A stretch of DNA of 64,000 nt, from contig KZ538326.1 of assembly GCA_000934665.2 (NCBI GenBank), positions 1-64,000 of the forward strand, written 5' to 3'. This document shows, piece by piece, positions 1 through 11,243 of the stretch. Source of the DNA: Catajapyx aquilonaris (lineage: Eukaryota). Position 1 is the first letter of the stretch, and each line of letters opens with the position of its first letter. The position numbers were made by a program, and so were the translations under genes. The notes beneath the pieces were generated by a model. The model worked only from the letters and a program-made list of their open reading frames with translations, searched no databases and was not told where the DNA came from.

Positions 1-273
1 TCTTTAAGGATCACAGGAGCACTTTTCCCTTGCAGAAAAAGAAATCTCACCACAACACGCTGATCGGCTTTGCTGAAGTCCGCCATTTTGCTAGTGTGTT
101 TGCAGGGCTGCGAAACAGGCGTCCGGTCAGCGCGAAATTTGAAACCTTTATCAAAAAATCCCACATGGGCTGGATTTCATGTTCCTTGAAGTACAAATAT
201 GTAAATGTCATGCGCAATGGCTAAAAAAAAATACGCGCAAGTAATTTTTGACTGCACCTCGTACTATGGAAAC

Positions 274-365
274 CATAGTACCCAAGTGACCATACAACAT
301 CCCCCCCTTCTTTGGAGGTCAAAGATCCATCTTGACACAAGGCATCACCACACGTCCAGAACACA
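274..365 (-). mobile_element. Short inverted second copy of Ty3/Gypsy pol 3' end, polypurine tract and LTR start
   Basis: Reverse complement reads SGRVVMPCVKMDL* then AAAGAAGGGGGGGA then TGTTGTATGG, and aligns with 742-817. Confidence 0.7.
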
Positions 366-378
366 CTGAAAACGAATT

Positions 379-930
379 TCTCCAGCCGAGCTGAGCATGG
401 GGCAGAAGATTAGATGTACACTCCCATCTCTGTCCTCCACTCTTCTCCCCTCTACTCATGATGAAAAGGAGTTGCGCGGGAAAGAAAAACTCCATGAGAG
501 GCAGAAGATGGACTATGACACTGTCATGGGGTTTAACCCTTTAAGCCCTCTACATCCAGGTGATCATGTCTGGATTGTCAGCGCAGAGGAATCGTCATCA
601 CTTGGTTCCTTCTCCAAGCCTACAGGTTCCGGAGGAGAATGGTGGGGCGAGACCTACTGAGGTCAGTGACAAGACTCAAGAGAGGCAGCAGCCATCTGCG
701 ACTGCAGTGCTAGACAAGGGACCATGTGAGTACCGGACTCGTTCTGGATGAGTGGTGAGGCCTCCTGTCAAGATGGACCTTTGAACTCCAAAGGGGGGGA
801 TGTTACATGGTTACTATGTCTCCAGAGTAATGCATTTATAATGTATTTGTTGATATTAAAATTCACTAATAAAGTTCTAGAGACTAGAGGTGTCTTTTTG
901 CTCACTCCTGTTCCGACCCCTAACACAACA
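379..930 (+). mobile_element. Degenerate Ty3/Gypsy LTR retrotransposon 3' end (integrase C-terminus, PPT, short 3' LTR)
   Basis: SPAELSMGQKIRCTLP...ERQKMDYD...LHPGDHVWI...YRTRSG*VVRPPVKMDL* resembles Gypsy integrase C-termini, with a frameshift and a stop. PPT AAAGGGGGGGA at 790-800; putative LTR TG(801)...CA(930) containing AATAAA at about 868. Confidence 0.75.
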
Positions 931-1022
931 GCACCCAATATATCCTGTGCAATGTGGAACCATAATTTCATGTTGTGATACATTTACTAAGTACCGTATG
1001 TTAAGCTAAATGTGCTACTTAC

Positions 1023-1368
1023 TCATGGAGGAAGGCTGCGGCATGGCAGTCTGGGGTGTGACAGGCATAAGTGCTTGTCTGATAGCAGTTTCCCAGCTCT
1101 TAGCCAAGTGTGCCCCAACTCCACTCTCCCCAGGAGGGAGAGTCATCCTGCTAGGTTCATGCTGCCCATACATAGGATCCTCCCCCACATAGTAGTCCAC
1201 ATTAGCAGTCCTCAGTTCGAAACAGTGCATCACATCCCCATGGGGTTTCTTTGCAGTTTCAACTGCCAAAATCTCAGAAAGTGGAATCTCCTTGTAGTAT
1301 TTGCTTCCGGTATCACTCTGGAACATGGTCACTGACTTGGTGTCCAGTCGCCAGTAGTGACGCTTCCT
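1023..1368 (-). CDS. PKD: PKD coding exon 9 (PH domain body)
   Basis: [17 protein letters not shown]...[14 protein letters not shown]...[16 protein letters not shown]...[12 protein letters not shown]; acceptor tgcag, donor GTAAGT; phase 0 to 1. Confidence 0.95.
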
Positions 1369-1628
1369 CTGCATGAAAGAGAGTACATGATTGATGTAAG
1401 ACAATCCTAGAATGACAAACTGTTCACTTCCTGAACTGCAACTTTTCCCGGCAGTCACATTTTCAAAATTGTTTTTAAGTCTTTATGATGCTCATTGAGA
1501 AAATTGAACAGGAAATTCTATGGCAGCGACGTCCACATTATCAATTGAAAAATATTGGCATCACATATTCCACTCAACAACAAAAGACAGTGGAAACTTT
1601 CACATAAGCATTCAAAAAAAATTTTAAA

Positions 1629-2091
1629 CCCTTAACTACGTAGGTGGGCGAAACACCTTTAACTACGTAGGTGGAGCCTGAGAGGCTAATTTTAAATTTC
1701 TGCTTATCAACTAAATTGTTATATTGGACTTTTCACATACAGAAAGTGCAGTTCAGATCATTAGGCTTCCGAAAAGGTAAAAATCACACGCTTAGTCAGC
1801 ATATTCCGACAGGGAAAATTTTTTAATTAAAAGGTTACATCATGCTTGAGCTGCTCAGGCTTCACCTACGAGATATAGAGCCTGAGCGGTTCCAGGAGGG
1901 ACCTGTTCCTCGTTACGAATTTTTTAAAACCAAACAATAGGGACTAAAAAAAATTTTCTTTCCTTTCCATGCTTAGGAAGGTTTTTCTGACAAAGTCACG
2001 GAAGGACAGGGGAAAATAAATTTCTATGAAAAAGTTACATGCGTTTAAATAGTGCTTGGAGCCTCTCAGGCTCCACCTACGTAGTTAAGGG
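1629..2091. mobile_element. piggyBac-like MITE
   Basis: Termini CCCTTAACTACGTAGGTGG ... CCACCTACGTAGTTAAGGG. Right flank TTAA (2092-2095), left flank TAAA. Left terminal motif duplicated at about 1656; internal GAGCCTGAG repeats; no ORF. Confidence 0.8.
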
Positions 2092-2802
2092 TTAATGTGT
2101 CTGACTAAACTCACTCTGAAACCAACTCAGCTCAGTATTAGATTAGCAGTCAGGAAACACAATTTGAGCACTGCCAGGCAATCATGATTTTAGTATGAGC
2201 TGGTGTCTTGACTCAGGTCATCACCTGCGGCATGCCATGGAGGCATGCAATCTCATAGTAAAAGCATATTAAGTCCAAAGACAGGTCACATGGATCAGTA
2301 AAATCCTTCCAAGAATCATGACATTCTGATGCTCATTTTACAGGAGTAATCTAAGTAACATTTGAGTTCCTATTTTTAAAATCCTTTTTCATTTATTCAA
2401 CATTCTGATTTATCTGACATAGCACTGTAATTTGCTGTATGCAGTGTGCTCATGTTTTTACATGCAGAGAATATATTGTAGGCATACATGAAAAATCCCA
2501 CTAAGTCCAATTTTGGTGGTTGTCCTGGTGGTGACCGGAAAAATGACAAAAAACACCAGTCAGAATAGCCTACATTGAGTAATGAAACTGTGGACCCCCC
2601 NCCCCCCCCCCATGGCAATCTTGATGTCTAACCACTACACTAGGCTTCCCCTTTCTGTCTAGCACGTCTCTTGGACATTATGTAATAATTTGCCATTTGC
2701 AAAGACAGCAGATAGTGGTGGTTATGGAAGCTCAGGTTATGCCTCCAAGACAACACAAAATACATGGTTTAAATTTAAAATTTGCACCCAAACAGTACTC
2801 AC

Positions 2803-2926
2803 CATTCTATCCTTGTTGGTGAAGTGGATCAGCCAGCCTTCCTTAAGGATTTTTGAGCCTCTCCGCTTTGTGTGCTTCACCGACTGGACAATGCGCATCA
2901 GTGGAATGTTGTTGCTCGGGCATGGA
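2803..2926 (-). CDS. PKD: PKD coding exon 8 (PH domain start)
   Basis: (S)[41 protein letters not shown]; acceptor tttcag, donor GTGAGT; phase 2 to 0. Confidence 0.95.
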
Positions 2927-3004
2927 CTGAAACAACAACAAGCACATTGAAAACATGTCTTCCATGTGCCAATCGTGGCCACTACCCTTCCAATCAGTTA
3001 CTAC

Positions 3005-3072
3005 CTTATTGGTCTCAACTTGACTGATTCTTCCTCCACACTGTCATCGTGGCTTGGTTCAGGTACTGAGTC
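3005..3072 (-). CDS. PKD: PKD coding exon 7 (linker)
   Basis: DSVPEPSHDDSVEEESVKLRPI(S); acceptor ttcag, donor GTAGTA; phase 0 to 2 bridges exons 6 and 8 exactly. Confidence 0.75.
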
Positions 3073-3811
3073 CTGAATTGAGTCATCAAAAGGAGATAAA
3101 CGGGGAAATTAGTAAGGCAGCAAGGGTTAAATCATGTTATGTTTCAGTGGTTGGTTATCATGCAGAAGTGTAAAACTGAAGGAATGTGTGCCTCACAAAA
3201 TGGAGCAATTCATCATATGGATAAGGCAAACAATGTGAATGTTACTAATTTTCACGGCTCCAGAGGGTGCCTTAGGAAAAACTAGTAAGGATATGGATGC
3301 AATGCCCCTTTGACTGGTGAACTTTATGATAGTGTATCACCACATGTCAAGTCCAGTTTTCGTGGAGCATTGTGAGTGCAGAGTAAACATTGTAAGACAA
3401 TCTCCAGCCCCAAATCTTTTTTTGCTGCGTTCTCCTTGCAAAAATGAATGTGTTTCAACAATTTGATGTTATAAATTTATTCCACATCATGCACATGCTG
3501 GATGAACAGGAGTCTGTGCAGAAAACTGACAGTGCAATGAAACAACAATAGCAGAAAGAGTAGTGAAAAAGATATATTTTTTCAACTCTAAGAGAGCCAT
3601 GCATACCTCTTTGAAATCCCACATGGGTACAAGATGTACCATGTGGTAACTCTGCAGCATCAGAGATGCCTATAGAGCGATAGGTGTTCTTTCAGTTAGA
3701 CTATTCATAAACCCCTAGGGGGGTAGGGACAGAAGTAAGAGAAAGACTAATGACAGGAGGGCAGGTTAACTTTACTAGAGACAGCTAAAGAGCCCTTTAG
3801 AAAAGACCCAC

Positions 3812-3987
3812 CAGCACACCACCATTAGTGAGGCTGGAATTGTTGGGCGAGGCCTGAAGCACCTTCCCAGCTCCTGGAGGTGATCCCGAATCATCAGAAT
3901 CTTCTTCCAATCGGTCTGATCCATCACGAGGGTCTGAGTCATCCCTCTCTGCTTCAGAATGGTAGGCACCACTGTCTGACACTGAGT
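3812..3987 (-). CDS. PKD: PKD coding exon 6 (acidic linker)
   Basis: (D)SVSDSGAYHSEAERDDSDPRDGSDRLEEDSDDSGSPPG...GGVL; acceptor ttttcag, phase 1. Donor CTG|GTGGGT chosen; an in-frame alternative AAG|GTGCTT would end the exon at 3863. Confidence 0.8.
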
Positions 3988-4122
3988 CTGAAAATTCAAG
4001 CATGGTCTTAACAAAAATAACCACTGTGTGATAAATTTGCGCCCAATGATTTCCAGGTAGGTGAGCCTTTTGCAATCCCTTCAGTTGTAAGACAGACTTT
4101 ATTCCCAGAAAAGGTGCTCAGA

Positions 4123-4271
4123 TGTATCAACAGTGCAAAAAGAACTGTCCCAGTCATCCTGACGCGTGGGCTGGCCGCTCGACACACACCATGTAAGTTA
4201 CATGGTGTGTGTTGAGCGGGCAGCACACACATCAGGATGACTGGGACAATTCTTTTTGAACTGATGATACA
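4123..4271. repeat. 149-bp near-perfect palindrome (probable hairpin MITE)
   Basis: 74-nt arms around a 1-nt centre at 4197 (...CACACACCATGTAA G TTACATGGTGTGTG...). Confidence 0.9.
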
Positions 4272-5312
4272 GCATGTCATTCATCTGGACCAAGCAGAAA
4301 TTCTCTAGTACACAAATTTTGGCTATCTCCAGGATAGTCCCTTCAAACAGGTTTCACAGGTTCCAGAAATGAAGGCATGCTGAATCCAACACCAGTGGCT
4401 TGTGTTATATTCAGAAAATAAACAGCTTTCCCTCTATTTGACATAAAGTCTAGTCAATGAGATATGAGATTTAAAAGGCTGAGCAGGTCCACTATCTTGG
4501 AAGCCAGTGGCAGCAATGTTCTATTATGGTAAATGTGTTAAATTAAGACAGGATTGTCAAATTAACTATTAATATTACCCCTTTTCTATTTGGTAAAACT
4601 GATGCGTGCAAGGTGCTTCTAGAGCCATATAGAGAGCCTACTGTATGGGCAGAGCTGTAACAATATTGGCTACATCCATGGTTGAGGGAGATTTCTGACT
4701 TTTATTCGAGATTACTGATGTGGGCCATCTGTATTATTGATACCCTACCATGATGTCAATTCCTCCCGCTGTGTATGGCCTGAGACAGCATTGGAAGTGA
4801 TGTCAAAATTTAGCCTGTGTGTCCTATATTTGCAATAAACTTTTGTTTTTTGGAAATAGTGTCCAGGGAATTTATAAAACACAAAAAACGCCGACCGCCT
4901 TAAAAAACCCAACCACCACAGAGTTCCCATAACTGCCATTCCGGCCGCGGGCACTACCTCCGCACCGTCTTACTTCGGTACTTCGCCGTCGGATGTCGCT
5001 GCCTGGTCCTCATCTCTCTCTCTCTCTCCCTCTCTCCACTTTTGCAATTTTGCCTAATTTTGGCAAGTTGGTGCCTAGTGTGCTTTACAGGCCATACATT
5101 TTCTCCTGCACCTCTTCCCACAGTGACTGAATCATTAAATCATTATAACAATTCATGAAATGCATCGTCAATGACATACAAGAGAGTATATTAGTAGTTA
5201 ATTTATTTGAAATCTTCCTCAAACATAAGTTTTTTTTTGCCATAAAATGATATGGACATGATATTTTGTTTGTCTCCATTTGGTGGCACCACAAAGCTGA
5301 GATACTGTACAT

Positions 5313-7173
5313 CAGTGGTTCCCAACCTTTTTCGGATCGTGACCCCCTTTTATGATAGTCAAGTAACCTGCGACCCCCTCCATTACTATTAGTAGAAGAG
5401 TAATGTAGTGTAGATGTTACCTGCAGAAATACAGGCATTCTGTAGAATGCCTAAAGGCAAACTGGCAAAAGTATAGAATACTCCCGCCAGTGATGATTGG
5501 GTCCTTGTTCGGCGGTGGTCAAGCACGACAACTGGCCAAAGGTCAATTCGCTGCCTCGTCATTTCGCTGAAGTGAAATTGGCTCGTGCCTTTTGGTTGCC
5601 GATTGACCCCTTTGCTACCAGATAGGCCCGAACCACATGGATTTTGGCTTACGCCTACTCCGAAGATACGGACAAGATATTTTACCAATAATAACAGTCA
5701 CACTTACCAGATCTGGGCAAACACTATGAATGTGTCTGGAACAATTTTACTCATCTAGAAGTCCCTAAATTAATTTCCAAAAAAGGGGTATAAAAACTCT
5801 AAATTGGAGTACTGCTGACAAACTGTTCGGCTGATTTAATTATGAAATGCGTGAAAATATGCGGAAGAGCAACCTTGAAAACTATACCAGACGAATTTAC
5901 TGAAATTGTCGTACTTTGCAAGAAATAAATTAATCATTATTTGCGGCTTTTTGACACATTGGAAAACTCCCAAATTTGAGTTTTCCGAAGTGCCAACAAG
6001 CCACAAATAAGTATTAATTTATTATAATAATATTAATATTAAATAATTTAATACTTATTTGCGGCTTGTGACACTTCAGAAAACTACCAAATTGGAGTTT
6101 TCCGAAGTGCCAGAAAGCTGCAAATAAGTATTAATTTATTTCTCGCAAAGTACGACGATTTCAGCAAATTCGTCTGGCATGGTTCTCAAGGTTGATATTC
6201 CGCATATTTTTCACGCATTTCATAATCAAATCAGCTGAACAGTTGGCCGGCAGTAGGCCTACTCTAATTTAGAGTTTTTATAGCCCTTTTTTGGAAATTA
6301 ATTTAGGGACCTCTAGACGAGTAAAATTGTTCCAGACACATTCATAGTGTTTTCCCAGATCTGGTAAGCATGGCTGTTATTATTGGTAAAATATCTTGTC
6401 CATATCTTCGGCATAGGTGTAAGCCGAAATCTGTGTGGTTCTGGCCTATCTGGTAGCGAAGGGGGTGAAATTGGCTGCGGTCTCAGTTGCTGGATCAAAT
6501 TGTTGCCAAAGAGACGCATCCTCCGTGCATCCCCAAATCGTTCTAAATGGCAAATTGATGGAATGTGAGAGCACAATTAATGATAAATCAGCTCGAGCTT
6601 GGAGCTTGGCAAAGCCGCAATAACATTAGTTGGCCTGCGGCGCCACAAGATGGACAGTCTTGTTGTGGATACACAACCCACAATAAGCACCCAGCTCGCT
6701 CCTCACGCAATGCGACGTACCATGCCTGGCAGGGCCACAAGATGGACAGTAAACTGGTGTGGTCACCCCAACGCCATACAGATGACACATACGCAACGGG
6801 CACACAACACAAAGTGGCCTCAGCAAAATTACTCGACAGCGAATTGACCTTTGGCCAGTTGTTGTGCTTGGCCACTGCTGAACAAGGACCCAAGCATCAC
6901 TGGAAGGAGTATTCTATACTTTGCTGGTTTCCCTTCAGGCATTCTATAGAATGCCTAGGTAATGTATGAAATAAGAATCATTTCATACTTTGCCGGTCCA
7001 TTTGAGGCATTCCACAGAATGTCAGATTTCGTACATTACTGGTCACATAGACATTAAAACATTTTTAAAAACCTTCATGGTGAAATTTCCTAGAAAATTT
7101 ATTGCAAGTAAATATTACTACGGTCACCGCACAACCCCCAGGAAAAGTCTTTGCGACCTCAAGGGAACCGCTG
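5313..7173. mobile_element. Non-autonomous hAT element enclosing a foldback segment
   Basis: Left end CAGTGGTTCCCAACCTTTT, right end GGGAACCGCTG; identical 8-bp flanks CTGTACAT at 5305-5312 and 7174-7181. 8-bp TSDs are typical of hAT. Confidence 0.85.
5433..6956. repeat. Large diverged inverted repeat (foldback element) inside the hAT element
   Basis: Arms about 5433-6015 and 6050-6956 around an AT-rich centre near 6035; the right arm has an extra segment at about 6480-6815. Both ends carry the palindrome AGGCATTCTRTAGAATGCCT. Confidence 0.85.
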
Positions 7174-7319
7174 CTGTACATAGTCTACTCTGATATGTCT
7201 ATGGATCTAGTCCGGTGGCTAACCTTGCAAAGCTTTTCACCATCCTTTCCATCATTGTCCCTTACTTCAAAAAACTTAAAGGCTTCACAACAAAAGTAGT
7301 GCATAATATGTAAACTGAC

Positions 7320-7596
7320 CTCCAGGCTCCTTGGGCGCCTCCCCAGGGCACTCCTTGGGAATCTTCTCAGTGCACTTCTTGTGGGCATTGTACTTGCAGT
7401 CCTTGCATTGCAGCCCCTGCTTGAACAGACCTTTGAGCAGCTTCTTGCAATAGTGGCACACAGTAGGGCGGGTGTAGGTGTGCACCACAAATGTGTGGGG
7501 GATCTTGATGCGTCCAGCCATTTCACGTTCCACCCAGGGCGGTCGGCCACCCAGGGACGGTGACCTGTTCTGCTTGTGGTTCGGCACTGGGACAAA
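7320..7596 (-). CDS. PKD: PKD coding exon 5 (C1b domain)
   Basis: FVPVPNHKQNRSPSLGGRPPWVE...IKIPHTFVVHTYTRPTVCHYCKKLLKGLFKQGLQCKDCKYNAHKKC...C; acceptor ggcag, donor GTCAGT; phase 0 to 1. Confidence 0.93.
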
Positions 7597-8079
7597 CTGC
7601 CCACCAAAATAATTGTTGAAAACTAATTATTCACAATTTTTTTCACACAAATTTCTCTCACAGTAGCATAATATCATTAGACATGGATTTAATTACTTTA
7701 ATCTGTCTTGGATGTTACATTGCTGGCAATAAAAGATTATGAAATGATTATACAGATACAAGAAATCATACAATATATTTAAAATGATGCCAACAAATAA
7801 GATCAGTACGCATAAGTCAGGTATTTCAACCCCAGTATGAAGTTTTTTGTGTGAAAACAGTGTGAATTTAAAACGGGACAGTGGGAATTGCAAAAGAGTG
7901 AAAATAACCTCCTATACATGGGTCAAAATACTGTCAATATTCAAATTTTCTTTGCATTATAAAGGGTTACAGGAATTTGAATTATAATTTTTATAGCAGT
8001 GAAGTGGTAGCCTATGATTTTCAAACAAGCATGCTGTTCTTTAAAAATGGTATTTAATGAAATCAATAACTGCACAATA

Positions 8080-9212
8080 GGGAGGCGGAGTGGAGCTGCG
8101 GTAACGTATGCGCCCACGGATGTTAAGGTCCCGGGTTCGATCCCAGCCCGGGGACACCCCCCTTCATCTCATGCAGAGTTAGGTCGTCTCTAGCTTTATC
8201 TCGGGTGGAACCTCCAATAGACATATCCACCCGGGTGAGTTCACAAAATGTACCCTTTTCAGACATTGCACTTGAACCTTGCATATCCCCTCCTGTCATC
8301 CTGCCTGTGGGTCCAGGCACTTCAGCTAATAGGCTCTTGTATAATTTGGTTCAATAAAGGTCCATGTGATATCCTCCTGAGACCTGGTGTCGACATATGT
8401 CGACATCAGCAAAATATTTTTTTGGCGCCAACCAGTGATGCCAACAGAACTGTTATCTGTTGGTATCCCATGGTTACAATCTGGCCTCAATAGCTGTAGC
8501 CACCTAGCGTCGAATATCTGGCTTGGGCCGCGAAAATTAAATCGCGGACAAAATGGCGGATTCCGCTGCTGAAGCTTAGGCGCTCATCTGATAAGTTTTA
8601 TTTTTTTACTCATATTTAGAATGCGATTTTCGCAATGCAGTGAATGCCCTGGAAAATGGCATTTTTAGCTGAATGGGTGTGACTTTTCTTTACGTGCCTG
8701 TACCTATACACCCATAAGGAAGTGGGCCTTGCACTATGCTGTTCAGTTTTGAAATCTAGAATAGCAAGGTACCACTTTAGCGGGTAAGAAGGGAAGGAGC
8801 AAGCCCCATGCCTGGAGTGGTGGCGTTCAAAAATGATTTCATTTATCTTTAATTGTCTTCTGAGAGGAATTGCTACCACTAATTCCACAAATTAATTTTA
8901 AAAACATTGTTTGGAGGATAGAGCACTATGTGAGTGATCCATTAAGTGGTATTTCAATTTTCAGCTTTCATCCGTTCTGCTTTTGTAGCACCAATTGGGT
9001 CCTAATGTTTCCATTGGTTGTTTGTCGCCATTTTTGTCGATATTTTTAAACTAAAATTTTTTACTTGTTTCTTATTGGGAACATGTTCAGAAAATGCAAT
9101 AGGAACTGACATTGCGTTAAAAAATTCTTCTCAGGTCTCTGGAGGATATACCCTAAAAGGGAGGTGAGAGCACTAACCAGGATTATTATAATTATATCAT
9201 TAATATTAATAT
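8080..9212 (+). mobile_element. tRNA-derived SINE, probably interrupted by the TIR element at 8373-9145
   Basis: A-box-like TGGAGCTGCGG (8091-8101) and B-box GGTTCGATCCC (8134-8144). AT-rich tail at about 9182-9212. Possible decayed TSD TGCACAATA (8071-8079) / TGTGCAATA (9213-9221). The head is well supported; the 3' boundary is inferred. Confidence 0.6.
8373..9145. mobile_element. Non-autonomous TIR element with ATAT flanks (possibly piggyBac-like)
   Basis: ATAT-CCTCCTGAGACCTG ... CAGGTCTCTGGAGG-ATAT (17/18 inverted match including flanks); subterminal palindrome TGTCGACATATGTCGACA. Confidence 0.7.
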
Positions 9213-9415
9213 TGTGCAATACTGTATGCATGGTGTCGTGTGAAGCATTACAATGGGCAGCTGCTTCAGTTTCGCTATATGTTAATTTTTGCGAACTAGA
9301 TGCAACTTTTAAAAACTGGCCCTCATTTACCATTCCCTTGGCAATTTTCAAACTAGCTTCCTGTGACTCTTTTAAGAGAGGGCAAGTTTGCAATATTTAG
9401 ATCCTCACCAGGGAA

Positions 9416-10007
9416 TGTTGTAGATGGAGTTGCTGAATGAAACTGAGCACAATAATCGAGGCAGGCAAGTTATTCACCAAAATGTAAACCATTTCGGCAG
9501 AGCGATACAAGGTCAAAAGTTATGATCTCTCGATGTCAGCCCGGACAGCTTACATAAGCGGGAAGGGTAAAGCACTGGCAGATAAAATGAAGCAAATGAG
9601 CACTTATGCATGTTTTTAATTATATGTTCAGAACAAAACACATTTGTACAATGAGCACATCTCATAAATGATAAGTTCCTGCATTGCAGGCATGTATCAT
9701 TTGGACTACTACTCAAGTCAAAGCAGAGTTCGGAAGGCATTTGGAATGCATCTGGCCTCTCTTCCAAATACCCAGCTTTGTAAAATGCGTACTTAATGAA
9801 GTTAACAAACCCAGGGGCTGAAAATGAGTCTGTTTTTTTGAGTGCGATATCTGACACTTCGCTGGTCAAGTAAGCTGTCCCGGCTGATATAGAGAGGTCA
9901 TAACTTTTGACCTGGTATCACTCCGCCGAACCGGTTTGCATTTTGGTGAATAACTTACCTGCCTCTATTATTGTGCCAAGTTTCACTCAGCAACTCCATC
10001 TACAACA
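9416..10007 (-). mobile_element. Internally deleted DNA transposon with about 135-bp TIRs and a probable transposase C-terminal fragment
   Basis: Inverted arms about 9416-9553 and 9870-10007. The interior minus-strand frame reads FSAPGFVNFIKYAFYKAGYLEERPDAF...CLQC...RCAHC...CSEH...HKC, a Cys/His-rich tail that I recall from arthropod DDE transposase-like proteins (family not verified). Confidence 0.7.
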
Positions 10008-10634
10008 GATGACCTTCTCGTGTTAGCTGATTGATATTATTTTGCTATTAAAGCGTTCTCTTTTTTCCATTCACACTATTATGTACCTTTTCCACCAAAA
10101 ATCTTTGTGCCTGGAGCCAAATAGGTGACTTACAGATTTTGTCTCATTTGTTAGCATTTGCAACCTGAACTTGCACGGTGGTTTTATACTGTATATATGT
10201 AATATTGCCAAGTCAAGTACTACCTGCCTGTATATTGAGGTAGACTGTAAGTCATAAGCTGACCCAGATAAAGAAAGTAGGCTATTGTTCCCCAATCATG
10301 GGGATCCATAAGCCGTAAGGATACCAATGATGTACGTAACATAAAAGAGAATTACAATGTAAATGACCTTTAATGAGATAACTTTTGGTTCTTGTCATTT
10401 TCAACTAGTCACTCATTTTGCCAAGTTACTTGGGGTATATGGTACAGAAATTAGTTTCTGAAAGTGGTACTATTTAAATTGTTTCCAGCTGATTCAATGT
10501 TAACTTACAACCTGTTACCCTTGGAAATTCATCACTATGCAAGATTGCAAGCGAGCAATGTGCATATTCTGGAGAATAACTGAACCAATTAATCCAACTA
10601 AAAATTAGTCTTGTTGCTACAAAATTATGAATAA

Positions 10635-10665
<31 letters not shown>

Positions 10666-10701
10666 TATTATTATTATTATTATTATATTATTATCATCAT
10701 T
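10635..10701. repeat. (ATT)n microsatellite
   Basis: Imperfect TAT/ATT tract starting about 25 nt into the intron after the exon 4 donor. Confidence 0.9.
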
Positions 10702-10724
10702 AGACTATTGTTAGGGATACTGAC

Positions 10725-10894
10725 CAAAGCAAGGCCCTCATCTGACATGGCACTGATGGACGTATTGGAGCCGGTGTCCGATGGACTCCGAGGCACGTTG
10801 AGTGTGGAAGATCGGCGCCGCTTGTTGTAACTGGCATAGGTGCAATTGTTGGGTATCTTGTATACACATCTCTTGTGGTAGTTGAGCCCACACC
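10725..10894 (-). CDS. PKD: PKD coding exon 4 (end of C1a and Ser-rich linker)
   Basis: (G)[56 protein letters not shown]; acceptor ttgcag, donor GTCAGT; phase 1 to 0. Confidence 0.93.
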
Positions 10895-11243
10895 CTGCAA
10901 ATCACCAATATATAGACACTTATGTAAAGAGCTTGTCTCCCAAGACGTGCAGCAACCTCTTAAAATTGCACAACTATATTTGCTCAGTGCACACTACTGA
11001 TTTCTTCCTTCTACTTTTCCCAGGAAGTTGGGTTCTGCTTGGCTTAAGCTGCAAACCTGGGTGAAAACCACCGGCAGAGAGAAAAAGGAGATTTTCTGAT
11101 TTCTCAGCACCTCAAGCCTGCCTAAGAGTCAGGTAATTATTTACCTTACTACATGTGTTGTCAAGGTTTATTGTTTTTACTGCCTTTTATTATTAGCATC
11201 ATTTTGCTAAAGCTTTGTAGAGCTAGTCCATTTGCTGTCTCAC

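Noticed and set aside
2927..3004. 78-nt intron (multiple of 3) as an in-frame retained intron
   Set aside because: Retention reads AGG TAG, an immediate stop.
5389..6576. Paired similar ORFs MVKYLVRIFG.../MVKYLVHIFG... on opposite strands
   Set aside because: A by-product of the inverted repeat; no coding signal.
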